Of a stretch of 32,000 nt of DNA, positions 1-8,853 are shown in pieces. The DNA lies in sequence record MZ577096.1, one strand, 5' to 3'. Under the pieces are notes generated by a model that saw only the letters and a program-made list of their open reading frames with translations, made no database searches and was not told the origin of the DNA. The position numbers and the translations under genes were made by a program. This DNA is from Methylophilales phage Melnitz-2 EXVC040M. Numbering within the stretch: position 1 is the first letter of the stretch; every line of letters starts with the position of its first letter.

Positions 1-2
1 TC

Positions 3-80
3 AAGGTGATTGCATTTAAAGAAAAGAATGAGTGGGACTTAGAAACAAAATATAATATCGGCAAAAAAAGAGAAGCTTAA
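3..80 (+). CDS. C-terminal end of an upstream CDS, truncated by the window edge (...KVIAFKEKNEWDLETKYNIGKKREA*)
   Basis: Open frame from the window start to TAA at 78-80, immediately before the next CDS. Confidence 0.5.
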   Translation, partial: KVIAFKEKNEWDLETKYNIGKKREA

Positions 81-81
81 G

Positions 82-1131
82 TTGACACAAAAATTCTCAC
101 AATTCATCACTGAAGAACCAAAAGAGCAGAAGTATAAACTTGTAATCTTTCATAACTCTCACGAAAACTTGAGAGATGTAGGTAAACAAGATAGGCCTGA
201 TGTTAAGTTGATGAATGATGCCACAAAGAAACTTGGTATTAATCTATTTAATGCTGAATATTCTGGTAGTTTTATCGAAGAGAAAAATGGAAAGTTTTAT
301 GTCAACTCTTTCGCATTCGATGAAACAGGTAAGGCAGTAAAACCAAGTGAGGATGGTAAAACAGAATATCAAAAACCATTTGAGATTAGTCCAGAAGATA
401 CATTAATTTTCCCTAGAGGATTAGGTACTCTTGGATTTACTACCAATAGACGTTGGGTAGATATGATTAGACTCTTAGAAGATGCTGGATTTAAAACAAT
501 ACCATCTTTAGAGACATGGGATATCTGCACAAGTAAATATTATTGCAATGAGTTGTTTAGGAAAAATGGATTAAATACTCCAACAACTGTTCCTATAACA
601 TATTCAGATGACACAGAACGAGCAATCGAAGGAATGAAGTTTCCGATAATACTTAAAGCATCCAGTGGTTCACAAACTGGTGTTGGAGTTGTTATTGTAG
701 AGAGTATGCGTTCACTACATCCAACAGTACAAATGTTATCACTGTTGAGTAAGAACATTGACCTTGTTGCTCAAGAATATATTAAAGTTGATTATGATGT
801 TAGAGTTATTGTACTTAACGGTGAAATAATCGCATCAATGAAACGACTAGTAATTGATGGTGATGCAAGAAGTAATGCGTCATTAGGTGCAGAGACAGAA
901 GAGATAGAACTGACTGAAATTGAAAAGTCAGATTCAATCAAAGCTGCAAAACTCTGTAAAGGAGATTTGGTTGGTGTAGACTTTCTTCCCTCTAAAAATA
1001 GAGAGAAGGAACAACCATATATACTGGAAATAAACAGTATGCCAGGGTTTGGCGGAATTGAAAGGTCTACTAAAGGTAAGAGTGTTACTCAAGAAATATT
1101 GAAAACATTCTTATATCGAAACAATTGGTAA
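82..1131 (+). CDS. RimK-like ATP-grasp ligase with T4 internal-protein-like N-terminus
   Basis: 349 aa ORF with TTG start. ATP-grasp-like segments: 'FPIILKASSGSQTGVGVVIVES', 'VAQEYIKVDYDVRVIVLNGEIIASMKR', 'KGDLVGVDFLPS...PYILEINSMPGFGGIE'. N-terminus MTQKFSQFITEE. Confidence 0.8.
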   Translation: MTQKFSQFITEEPKEQKYKLVIFHNSHENLRDVGKQDRPDVKLMNDATKKLGINLFNAEYSGSFIEEKNGKFYVNSFAFDETGKAVKPSEDGKTEYQKPFEISPEDTLIFPRGLGTLGFTTNRRWVDMIRLLEDAGFKTIPSLETWDICTSKYYCNELFRKNGLNTPTTVPITYSDDTERAIEGMKFPIILKASSGSQTGVGVVIVESMRSLHPTVQMLSLLSKNIDLVAQEYIKVDYDVRVIVLNGEIIASMKRLVIDGDARSNASLGAETEEIELTEIEKSDSIKAAKLCKGDLVGVDFLPSKNREKEQPYILEINSMPGFGGIERSTKGKSVTQEILKTFLYRNNW

Positions 1132-1141
1132 AGGAAAAATA

Positions 1142-1363
1142 ATGACACTACTAGACGCAATTAAGAAACATAACGAAGGTAAGATTGCACTACATAAAGC
1201 AAATGTTGCAGTATACCTAAAGAATCCTGCTGGTATTGGGGAACATTCTGATATAGCAGAAGCAGTGGAAAGTGAATTGACAAAGATTGCTCATAGTCAA
1301 GATATCATTGATATGATTGACAAACACTTTCAAGGTGAGGAACAATTACCGCTTTTCTCTTGA
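1142..1363 (+). CDS. Small conserved-type phage hypothetical protein (73 aa)
   Basis: ORF packed between neighbours; stop codon overlaps the next promoter. Confidence 0.6.
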   Translation: MTLLDAIKKHNEGKIALHKANVAVYLKNPAGIGEHSDIAEAVESELTKIAHSQDIIDMIDKHFQGEEQLPLFS

Positions 1364-1388
1364 CATTCACCCCTAAACCGTATATAAT
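1360..1388 (+). promoter_or_regulatory. sigma70-type promoter upstream of gene 43
   Basis: TTGACA (1360-1365), 17 bp spacer, TATAAT (1383-1388). Confidence 0.75.
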
Positions 1389-1414
1389 GAAACTCTTTGA
1401 TAAGGAAAAATGTC

Positions 1415-3946
1415 TTGAATTTTTATACTCATGTAGCCCAGTGGGGCAACCAACTTTTGGTTCGTGCAGTAAAGAATGGTGTTCGCTCTAACTATAAGGT
1501 TAAATACGAACCCACACTTTATGTACCTGTAAAGAACCCTACTGGATTTACAACTCTGGATGGCGGTAACGTCAATCCAATGAAATTCCTTACCATCAAA
1601 GAGGCAAAGGAATTTGTAGAGTTGTATCAGAGTCAACCACACCTTGTGTTTGGTATGACTCAATTCCCATATACTTACATCGCTGAACAATACCCTAAAC
1701 AGATTCAATTTGATTCTGAGAAGATGCGTATTGTTACTATTGATATTGAGGTTGAATGTGAGAATGGTTTCCCACATGCAGAACAAGCTGCAGAACCCAT
1801 GTTATCAATCACTATCAAGAACCACGATACTGGACGTATTAAGGTTTGGGGTTTACATGAATATAAAAACGATAGAGATGATGTACAATACATTCAGTGT
1901 GCAAATGAACGTGAACTTCTAGCACAATTCCTTGCATGGTGGGAGTATGACCATCCAGATATTATTACTGGTTGGAATACAGAATTCTTTGATATTCCCT
2001 ATATCTGTAACCGTATCAAATCTCAAATGGGTGAGGACGCAATGAAACGTCTATCGCCTTGGGGTGTTGTTGATGCAAGAATGGTTGGTTCTGGTTTCGG
2101 TAAGAAAGACCAAGTATACAATATTCTTGGTGTTGAGAATATCGACTATCTACAACTCTATCGTAAATTTACTTATACTAATCAAGAATCATATCGCCTT
2201 GACCATATTGCATTTGTTGAACTAGGACAACGCAAAGATGATAATCCTTATGAGACATTTCGTGATTGGTATACTAAAGATTATCAGTCATTCCTAGACT
2301 ATAACATCCAAGACGTTGAACTAGTTGACAGGCTTGATGAGAAGATGAAACTCATCGACTTGATTCTGACTATGACATATGAGGCAAAGGTAAATGTCTC
2401 TGATTCATTTACGTCTGTTAAGTATTGGGATGTACTAATTTACAATCATCTACTAAAACAAAAGATTATTATTCCACAGAAACTTGGACACAAATCCAAG
2501 GGTGAGAAATATGTTGGTGCTTATGTAAAAGAACCACAAGTAGGACAACACAAATGGGTTATGTCTTTTGACTTAAACTCTCTATATCCTCACTTGATTA
2601 TGCAGTACAATATTTCACCAGAGACTTTGTTGTCAAAACAACTTAATCTTGGTGATACTGCTGTTGATGATTTGATTGCACAGAAATTCAAAATTAAAGA
2701 TATGCTTCCATCTAATGTAACGATGACACCTAACGGTGCATTGTTCAGTAAGGACAAACTAGGGTTCTTACCTAAGATGATGCAAGAGATGTACGATGAC
2801 CGTACTATCTACAAAAAGAAGATGTTGGATGCCCAACAAAAATATGAAAATACCAAAGATGCTAAATACTTAAAGGATGTATCTAAGTTTCAGAACATCC
2901 AGATGGCAAGAAAGATTTCACTAAACTCAGCCTATGGTGCGATTGGTAATGAGTGGTTTAGATATTATGATTTGAGAATTGCAGAAGGTATTACAACTTC
3001 TGGACAGTTCTCTATTCGTTGGATTGAAAAATCTATTAACATGTATCTAAACAAATTGTTAAAAACGGATGGAGAAGATTATGTTATTGCATCGGATACG
3101 GATTCAGTATACATTACTTTTGACAAGTTGGTTAATACTGTGCTTAAAAAGAAAGCAGATGAGTCAGAGAGTGCGTATCGTGGGAGGGCGGTGGACTTCC
3201 TTGATAGAGTTGCTCAAGATAAACTTGAACCTTTTATTGATAAGAGTTATCAAGCTCTTGCTTCTTATGTAAATGCATATGACCAAAAGATGCAAATGGC
3301 AAGAGAGGTTATTGCAGATAAGGGTATCTGGACTGCAAAGAAAAGATACATTCTTAATGCGTGGGATATCGAAGGTGTTCGTTATCAAGAACCTAAACTT
3401 AAAATCATGGGTATCGAAGCAGTTAAATCATCTACGCCTGCACCTTGTCGTGACAAGATTAAAGAGGCACTGAAGATTATCATGTCTGGTACAGAGAAGG
3501 ATGTAAATACATTCATCCAAGAGTTTCGTGAAGAGTTTATGAAACTTCCACCAGAAGAGATTGCATTTCCTCGTTCTGTTAATGGACTAAAGAAGTGGAG
3601 TAGTAGTTCTGGTATCTTTACTAAAGGTGTTCCTATGCATTGTAAGGGTGCATTGCTTTACAATCACTATACTAAACAGAATAGACTAACTAACAAGTAT
3701 CCTCTTATACAGGAAGGTGACAAAATCAAGTTCTTAAACATGAGACAACCGAATCGTATGTCATCAAACGTAATATCTTTCATTACGAAGTTGCCTACAG
3801 AACTAGAATTGCACAGTATGATTGATTATGACTTACAATATGAGAAGGCATTTGTTGAACCATTGACGTTTATTATGAACCAAATTGGGTGGAAGATTGA
3901 CCGTTCTTATGGAACACAGACAACTCTTGAGGATTTCTTTGGATAA
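1415..3946 (+). CDS. 43: T4-like family B DNA polymerase (gp43); the track ORF starts at 1397 but a TTG start at 1415 (MNFYTHVAQWGNQLLVR...) is likelier
   Basis: Exo motif 'TIDIEVECENG', 'TGWNTEFFDIPYICNR', polymerase motifs 'FDLNSLYPHLI', 'KISLNSAYGAIGNEWFRYYD', 'IASDTDSVYI'; C-terminal PIP-like 'TTLEDFFG'. Confidence 0.97.
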   Translation: MNFYTHVAQWGNQLLVRAVKNGVRSNYKVKYEPTLYVPVKNPTGFTTLDGGNVNPMKFLTIKEAKEFVELYQSQPHLVFGMTQFPYTYIAEQYPKQIQFDSEKMRIVTIDIEVECENGFPHAEQAAEPMLSITIKNHDTGRIKVWGLHEYKNDRDDVQYIQCANERELLAQFLAWWEYDHPDIITGWNTEFFDIPYICNRIKSQMGEDAMKRLSPWGVVDARMVGSGFGKKDQVYNILGVENIDYLQLYRKFTYTNQESYRLDHIAFVELGQRKDDNPYETFRDWYTKDYQSFLDYNIQDVELVDRLDEKMKLIDLILTMTYEAKVNVSDSFTSVKYWDVLIYNHLLKQKIIIPQKLGHKSKGEKYVGAYVKEPQVGQHKWVMSFDLNSLYPHLIMQYNISPETLLSKQLNLGDTAVDDLIAQKFKIKDMLPSNVTMTPNGALFSKDKLGFLPKMMQEMYDDRTIYKKKMLDAQQKYENTKDAKYLKDVSKFQNIQMARKISLNSAYGAIGNEWFRYYDLRIAEGITTSGQFSIRWIEKSINMYLNKLLKTDGEDYVIASDTDSVYITFDKLVNTVLKKKADESESAYRGRAVDFLDRVAQDKLEPFIDKSYQALASYVNAYDQKMQMAREVIADKGIWTAKKRYILNAWDIEGVRYQEPKLKIMGIEAVKSSTPAPCRDKIKEALKIIMSGTEKDVNTFIQEFREEFMKLPPEEIAFPRSVNGLKKWSSSSGIFTKGVPMHCKGALLYNHYTKQNRLTNKYPLIQEGDKIKFLNMRQPNRMSSNVISFITKLPTELELHSMIDYDLQYEKAFVEPLTFIMNQIGWKIDRSYGTQTTLEDFFG

Positions 3947-3951
3947 ATGCC

Positions 3952-3980
3952 TTGACATTTGTTGGCAAAACAAGTATAAT
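3952..3980 (+). promoter_or_regulatory. sigma70-type promoter upstream of the DNA methyltransferase
   Basis: TTGACA (3952-3957), 17 bp spacer, TATAAT (3975-3980). Confidence 0.8.
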
Positions 3981-4009
3981 GAGAGTATAAATTATGAAAG
4001 AGGATTTGA

Positions 4010-5227
4010 ATGAAATATTTTAGATATACACTAGATGAAATGAAACAGTCATCTGACAGGAAACTATTCGATTACATATCGTTCTTTGCAGGCGGTGGTG
4101 GTTCATCTGCTGGTTATAAACTTGCAGGCGGTGATTGTAAATTTGTCAATGAGTTTCAACAAGTCGCAGTGGATACCTATCTAGAGAATTGGCCAGAGAC
4201 ACCAGCACACATATGTGGTGATATCAAAGAAGTCACTGGTGCAAAGATTATGGAGATGACAGGAATTAAAAAGGGAGAACTTGATATACTTGATGGTTCA
4301 CCACCTTGTCCACCATTCTCAATGTCTGGTACAAAACAAAAAGGTTGGGGTAAAGAAAAGACTGCCTATGGAATGAAACAAAAGAACATTGAAGATTTAA
4401 CATGGGAACAGATTCGTATTGCTGGTGAGATGATGCCAAAAATAATTATCTGTGAGAATGTAAAAGGTCTTACAATGGAATATGCAAGAGAACATTTGAT
4501 GCGAATGGTAAATGATTTCGAGGCATTAGGTTATACAACAGTTTACAAAGTACTAAAGGGACACAATCATGGTGTACCTCAGAAAAGAGAAAGAGTTTTT
4601 ATCGTATCGGTAAGGAACGATGTACTGGACAAAATCGGAGTACCATTTATGATACTTGAAAGTTTGATTTTTCCAGAACCAGAAGACCATGTCACTACAA
4701 TTAAAGATGCAATTTGGGACATTCAACAAAACAACGAGAATGCTTTTGAAGCAGTTGAACTTTGTGAGTCGATGACCAAGAGCGCTAAATATAAGTGGAT
4801 GAAGAGACTACCAAAGAATCCAGAAAAGGTTGTCTCTGTTGGTGATGATGTAGTTGGGCCTTGGTATGATAAAGTCATTGAACACAGAAAGAAATGGGGT
4901 AAGAGTATTCCAGATAGAAAGAGTTCGTTCTTTCAATCTCGTAGAGTTCCTTGGAATCAAGCATCTCATACACTTTCTGAACAAGGACTACAAACAAGTC
5001 TTGCAGTTCACTTGCACCCAGAAGAAGATAGGGTGTACACAACTAAAGAAGCTGCACGACTAATGACTTTGCCAGAGGATTATAAATTCACTGGTACTCT
5101 TAACGAGAAACTTGCAAGAATTGGGTTGATGGTTGCACCACTACAAATGAAGTACCTTGCTGATAAAGTGTACGAAAACATCCTTAAACCCTATAAGGAG
5201 ATACAAAATGCAGAAACTAACGGTTAA
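4010..5227 (+). CDS. DNA (cytosine-5-)-methyltransferase
   Basis: 405 aa. Motif I 'FAGGGGSSAGYKLAGG', motif IV 'DGSPPCPPFS', motif VI 'CENVKGL', motif VIII 'GVPQKRERVFIV', C-terminal 'LMTLPEDYKFTG...RIGLMVAPLQMKYLADKVYENI'. Confidence 0.95.
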   Translation: MKYFRYTLDEMKQSSDRKLFDYISFFAGGGGSSAGYKLAGGDCKFVNEFQQVAVDTYLENWPETPAHICGDIKEVTGAKIMEMTGIKKGELDILDGSPPCPPFSMSGTKQKGWGKEKTAYGMKQKNIEDLTWEQIRIAGEMMPKIIICENVKGLTMEYAREHLMRMVNDFEALGYTTVYKVLKGHNHGVPQKRERVFIVSVRNDVLDKIGVPFMILESLIFPEPEDHVTTIKDAIWDIQQNNENAFEAVELCESMTKSAKYKWMKRLPKNPEKVVSVGDDVVGPWYDKVIEHRKKWGKSIPDRKSSFFQSRRVPWNQASHTLSEQGLQTSLAVHLHPEEDRVYTTKEAARLMTLPEDYKFTGTLNEKLARIGLMVAPLQMKYLADKVYENILKPYKEIQNAETNG

Positions 5228-6194
5228 AAAAGACTTAGGTCAAAAAGAAACTTACGATAAATGGAATGGTAAATTTCTAGACGAATCAGCATACGATGAG
5301 GTAATCAAAGTAACTGATACAGACATGGGAGTAATGAAACCTATCCTATCTTTGGATGGTTCAGATGTTCCCCTTGCATATGTTATTACAAATGCATTCC
5401 CTAAAGAAAGTAAGATTAGGGATATTCTAACTACAATTGAAGATACTTCTACTATGAGAGCAAACTGTTCTGGCCCTATTGATAAGGAAGAGATGCTTGC
5501 AAAAGGATTAGTTGAAGGACAAGATTATAAACTAAGAACACCTAACTCATATTACACTCGTACAAAGTCTGGTGGTTGGGGTATGATTGCATACTCAAAC
5601 GAAATTCATTCTGTTATGATTGGACATAAACGTGGACGCTTTACTGGTGGTATTGATGTATCGGGTTGGTGTAAAGACAATAAAGAAAAGTGGGAAGCAC
5701 TACAAGAAATAACTGAACACAATGAAACTGCATTCTCAAAAGCAAACGATGACATCTATAGAAGTCAAAGGTCTTTTGCAGAAAACAACATTCGTCCAGA
5801 ACATCGTATTGGTGAAGGTATCTTTACTACACTTTCTGCAAATAGATATTCTGCATATCAGTCTGCAAAGATGGCTGCACATGTAGACAGTGGTGACACT
5901 GATGCTGGTATGACAAGTATGTGTGTATTCAGAGAAGGTGATTATGATGGTGCATATCTTTGTTTCCCTCGTTATGGTGTTGCAATTGATGCCCCAGATA
6001 ATAGTGTAGTGATTGCAGACAGTCAAGAAGTACATGGTGTTACGCCTATCTCTGGTAGTGGACAACGGTTTAGTTGTGTTGCATATTGTGACAGACGATT
6101 GGCAACAGTCGGTGTTTACGGTAAACAAGAAAAACTGATTGGTAAGTACGCTGCAAAAACATCTGGAAATTTAAATGATTTTCTTGGCGAATAA
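5208..6194 (+). CDS. TET/JBP-family-like 2OG-Fe(II) dioxygenase (candidate 5mC hydroxylase)
   Basis: Start ATG at 5208 preceded by AAGGAG and overlapping the methyltransferase end by 20 nt. Fe/2OG motifs 'AAHVDSGDTDAGMTSMCVFREGDYDGAYLCFPRYGVAIDAPDNSVVIADSQEVHGVTPISGSGQRFSCVAYCDR' resemble the JBP/TET H-x-D...H...R core. Confidence 0.82.
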   Translation: MQKLTVKKDLGQKETYDKWNGKFLDESAYDEVIKVTDTDMGVMKPILSLDGSDVPLAYVITNAFPKESKIRDILTTIEDTSTMRANCSGPIDKEEMLAKGLVEGQDYKLRTPNSYYTRTKSGGWGMIAYSNEIHSVMIGHKRGRFTGGIDVSGWCKDNKEKWEALQEITEHNETAFSKANDDIYRSQRSFAENNIRPEHRIGEGIFTTLSANRYSAYQSAKMAAHVDSGDTDAGMTSMCVFREGDYDGAYLCFPRYGVAIDAPDNSVVIADSQEVHGVTPISGSGQRFSCVAYCDRRLATVGVYGKQEKLIGKYAAKTSGNLNDFLGE

Positions 6195-6197
6195 GCC

Positions 6198-6226
6198 TTG
6201 ACATTTGTTATAATAACAGGTATACT
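6198..6226 (+). promoter_or_regulatory. sigma70-type promoter upstream of the 427-aa ORF
   Basis: TTGACA (6198-6203), 17 bp spacer, TATACT (6221-6226). Confidence 0.75.
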
Positions 6227-6268
6227 ATGCTAGAAGATTGAGATTAATTTAATTATGGAGAATGTGAA

Positions 6269-7552
6269 GTGAATATTGATTGGAAATGTGATACTGTTTT
6301 AGAGACAGAGTGTGAGTATCATTGCTATCTTGTAAAAATTAATAAGAAGGGTAGAAACAAATACATGGGAAGTAAAATCGGGTATCCCGATGGAACTTAT
6401 CACGGAACAGTAGTGACTCACCGTTCAGCTTACAAGAAAGATTTGGCAACATACGAATCTGAGTATCAAGTTTTATTCACTGGAACTGAAGCAGAATGTC
6501 GAAAGTATGAACAAGACTATTTGCACAATAATGATGCAAAACTAAGTAATGAATACTACAATGAATCTAACTCTGGTGCTTTCAAAGAAGAATCAAAAAT
6601 ATTCATTAGTTGTCTAGAGGCGTTAGAAAGTCGAATCTATGATGTAGTTAATACTGAATTATCTGAGATACTTGATTGGCAAACATACCAAGTTAGAGAA
6701 GAAGATGGTGTTGATGGTAAGCATGTAAAATGGTTGGTAGGTAAGATAACTGACAACCCAAATTACTGGTCTACAAAATTATCAGAGAAACCTCTTATTG
6801 CTTTAGAAGATTTTGATGGTAAGGGGAAACCTAGACGATTGGGCAAAAATCATACTTGTGCGGCAGGGAAAATGTACTTTGGTTCAGAGTCAAAGATAAC
6901 ACTGCCTGTTATTATGATACCTAAGAAGGTTTGGACGAAATTATCTGAAACAGAATTAGAAGAGATTGGCCAATTAGATAATGGACAATTAGACTTTAAG
7001 CCTAAAGAACAAGACACAACTACAATTGTAAATACATTGGTGAAGTATTGTGAAGATAATAATAAGAACCAAGACGACCCAGTTGTAAGAATTAAGTTGG
7101 AGAGACATGGATTTACTAGTCAAGAGATTAAATCTCTTAAAGGTAAGATTAAGAAACAAATTCTCAAACCAACAGGTTTAGGCCCTAACGAAAAGTTTGT
7201 TAAGTGTACTAAGGAATATGCATTAGAAGAAGCAAACAATGAGTATAAGGATAAGACTACACATTGCATTATTGTTTCTAGTGGAATGATGAGAGGGTTC
7301 TTTAATGATTGGTCTAAGTCATTATCTTCTAAATCTATCAGAGGTAAGACTAACTTATTTGTTCTATATTATCACACTGGTATTGAGCATTGGAATTCTT
7401 TTGCTGCAAACAAAGTTGAGTTTGAAAAGAAACTGAGTGACATGAACGCCTTTCTTAAAGAAGGTGGACACAAAGGATATGATATTCAATATAGAGAAAT
7501 CAATCCAATTCAAAAAAAGAGTTTACTAGAAACTACTACGGAGCAGTCATAA
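6269..7552 (+). CDS. Uncharacterised 427-aa protein with a GIY-YIG-like N-terminal region; C-terminal ~330 aa of unknown function
   Basis: GTG start. N-terminal 'YHCYLVKINKKGRNKYMGSKIGYPDGTYHG...YKKDLATYESEYQVLFTGTEAECRKYEQDYL...YYNESNSG' fits a GIY-YIG pattern (paired Y, KYxGSK, conserved E, terminal N); domain call is tentative. Confidence 0.5.
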   Translation: MNIDWKCDTVLETECEYHCYLVKINKKGRNKYMGSKIGYPDGTYHGTVVTHRSAYKKDLATYESEYQVLFTGTEAECRKYEQDYLHNNDAKLSNEYYNESNSGAFKEESKIFISCLEALESRIYDVVNTELSEILDWQTYQVREEDGVDGKHVKWLVGKITDNPNYWSTKLSEKPLIALEDFDGKGKPRRLGKNHTCAAGKMYFGSESKITLPVIMIPKKVWTKLSETELEEIGQLDNGQLDFKPKEQDTTTIVNTLVKYCEDNNKNQDDPVVRIKLERHGFTSQEIKSLKGKIKKQILKPTGLGPNEKFVKCTKEYALEEANNEYKDKTTHCIIVSSGMMRGFFNDWSKSLSSKSIRGKTNLFVLYYHTGIEHWNSFAANKVEFEKKLSDMNAFLKEGGHKGYDIQYREINPIQKKSLLETTTEQS

Positions 7553-7556
7553 AAGA

Positions 7557-8090
7557 ATGATTATAATGATAGGTGGAATACCATGCTCTGGTAAATCCAC
7601 ATTAATGAGAAGTCTGATTTCAGAAATGGGTTCGCATGAAGATGTTGAACCCATGAAACTATTTCCATGTCAAAAGCATGGGGATACTCTTGTGGTTGGA
7701 CGATATCCAGTTGGGGAAACTTTTGGTGGGACTGATAAGATAAGTTATGGTGCTATCTCTAAATTTAGGGATTTTATCGAACAAGAAACACCCAAACATA
7801 AACATATAATACTTGAGGGTGACAGATTTTGTCGTGCCAAAGATATTGAATGGTTGTTATCAGAACATGATGCAAAGGTTTATATATTAAAGGTATCGCC
7901 AGAAGTAGAAAGTGAAAGACACACTATTCGGGGAGATGAGCAATCAGAAAAATGGTTGCAAACTAGACGTTCTCTTATTAGTAATTTACAAACTAATTTC
8001 TTGCTCATGGGCGAACTAGAAATAAGACAAACTGACACATGGGATTCAATCCGTGAGTTGAAAAATGAAATAAAGGAAAACTTAATATGA
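7557..8090 (+). CDS. Small P-loop kinase (candidate base/nucleotide-modification kinase)
   Basis: 177 aa. Walker A 'GGIPCSGKST', 'KHIILEGDRFC' as Walker B-like, 'RHTIRGDEQSEKWLQTRR' lid-like region. Confidence 0.8.
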   Translation: MIIMIGGIPCSGKSTLMRSLISEMGSHEDVEPMKLFPCQKHGDTLVVGRYPVGETFGGTDKISYGAISKFRDFIEQETPKHKHIILEGDRFCRAKDIEWLLSEHDAKVYILKVSPEVESERHTIRGDEQSEKWLQTRRSLISNLQTNFLLMGELEIRQTDTWDSIRELKNEIKENLI

Positions 8091-8386
8091 AACCAAATAC
8101 AGTAATTAGTATTCTATTCAATAACGGAATGGAAATTGTGGGGAGATTTGTTTCGGAAACAAGTGAAGAACTTGTAGTATACAAACCTCGTATGGCACAA
8201 ATGTCACAACAAGGAGTAGGACTTATTCCATCAATTTGTGCTACTGGTAAATCACCAGAAGGTGACTTTACATTTAGTAAAAGATTCATTATGTATTACA
8301 CTGAATCCGTTGATGAGATTTCAAAGGGTTGGTTACAACATACTAGTGGATTGATATCTGCTGATAAAGGAACAATAATCTCTTGA
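8087..8386 (+). CDS. Small T4-like phage conserved protein, possibly Sm-like beta-barrel
   Basis: 99 aa, ATGA overlap with the upstream kinase gene; 'ISILFNNGMEIVGRFVSETSEELVVYKPRM' is Sm-fold-like. Confidence 0.5.
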   Translation: MKPNTVISILFNNGMEIVGRFVSETSEELVVYKPRMAQMSQQGVGLIPSICATGKSPEGDFTFSKRFIMYYTESVDEISKGWLQHTSGLISADKGTIIS

Positions 8387-8411
8387 CTTTGGCAGACAAA
8401 TATAGTATTAT
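8383..8411 (+). promoter_or_regulatory. Possible sigma70-type promoter overlapping a gene junction
   Basis: TTGACT (8383-8388), 17 bp spacer, TATTAT (8406-8411). Confidence 0.45.
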
Positions 8412-8850
8412 AAACAAAATGGAATCAAAGGATATAGATATGACTGATGAAAGACTACTACTAGATTATGCTCGTTTTGTGGATGAAGTAACTTCTGATG
8501 AGTCGAAAGACGCACAGGCATTTTCAGACGCACTAGATATAATAGACGAAACAAGTGGTTTGCCTCCAGAAAGATTGATTACTGCTGCATTGGGTATTTC
8601 TGCCGAAGGTGGAGAGTTTGCAGAGATTATTAAGAAAGCAGTCTTTCAAGGAAAACCTCTAGATGATGATGCACAATATCACATGAAGCGTGAGTTGGGT
8701 GATGTTATGTGGTACATAGCACAAGCGTGTATTGCTCTGGGTTGCACACTGGAAGATATCATTTATATGAATATCGAAAAGTTGGAAGCACGCTATCCAG
8801 ATGGATTTGATTCTTTTCGTTCAAACAATAGAAAAGAAGGAGATGTATAA
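8383..8850 (+). CDS. mazG: MazG-like nucleotide pyrophosphohydrolase (actual start probably internal, e.g. MESKDIDMTDERLLLDYARF)
   Basis: 'GISAEGGEFAEIIKKAVFQGKPLDDDAQYHMKRELGDVMWYIAQACIALG' matches the MazG EExxE...ExxD pattern. Confidence 0.85.
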   Translation: MTLADKYSIINKMESKDIDMTDERLLLDYARFVDEVTSDESKDAQAFSDALDIIDETSGLPPERLITAALGISAEGGEFAEIIKKAVFQGKPLDDDAQYHMKRELGDVMWYIAQACIALGCTLEDIIYMNIEKLEARYPDGFDSFRSNNRKEGDV

Positions 8851-8853
8851 AGT

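Noticed and set aside
1373-1786. 137-aa antisense ORF over the gene 43 start
   Set aside because: Overlaps a clear promoter and the conserved gp43 N-terminus on the plus strand.
4010-5227. Possibility that the methyltransferase is part of a restriction-modification or anti-restriction system only
   Set aside because: No recognisable cognate restriction enzyme was found nearby, and the overlap with a TET/JBP-like gene favours a hypermodification role; not excluded experimentally.
5736-6128. 130-aa antisense ORF opposite the TET-like gene
   Set aside because: A by-product of the codon pattern in the plus-strand gene; Cys/Thr/Ile-rich translation typical of shadow ORFs.
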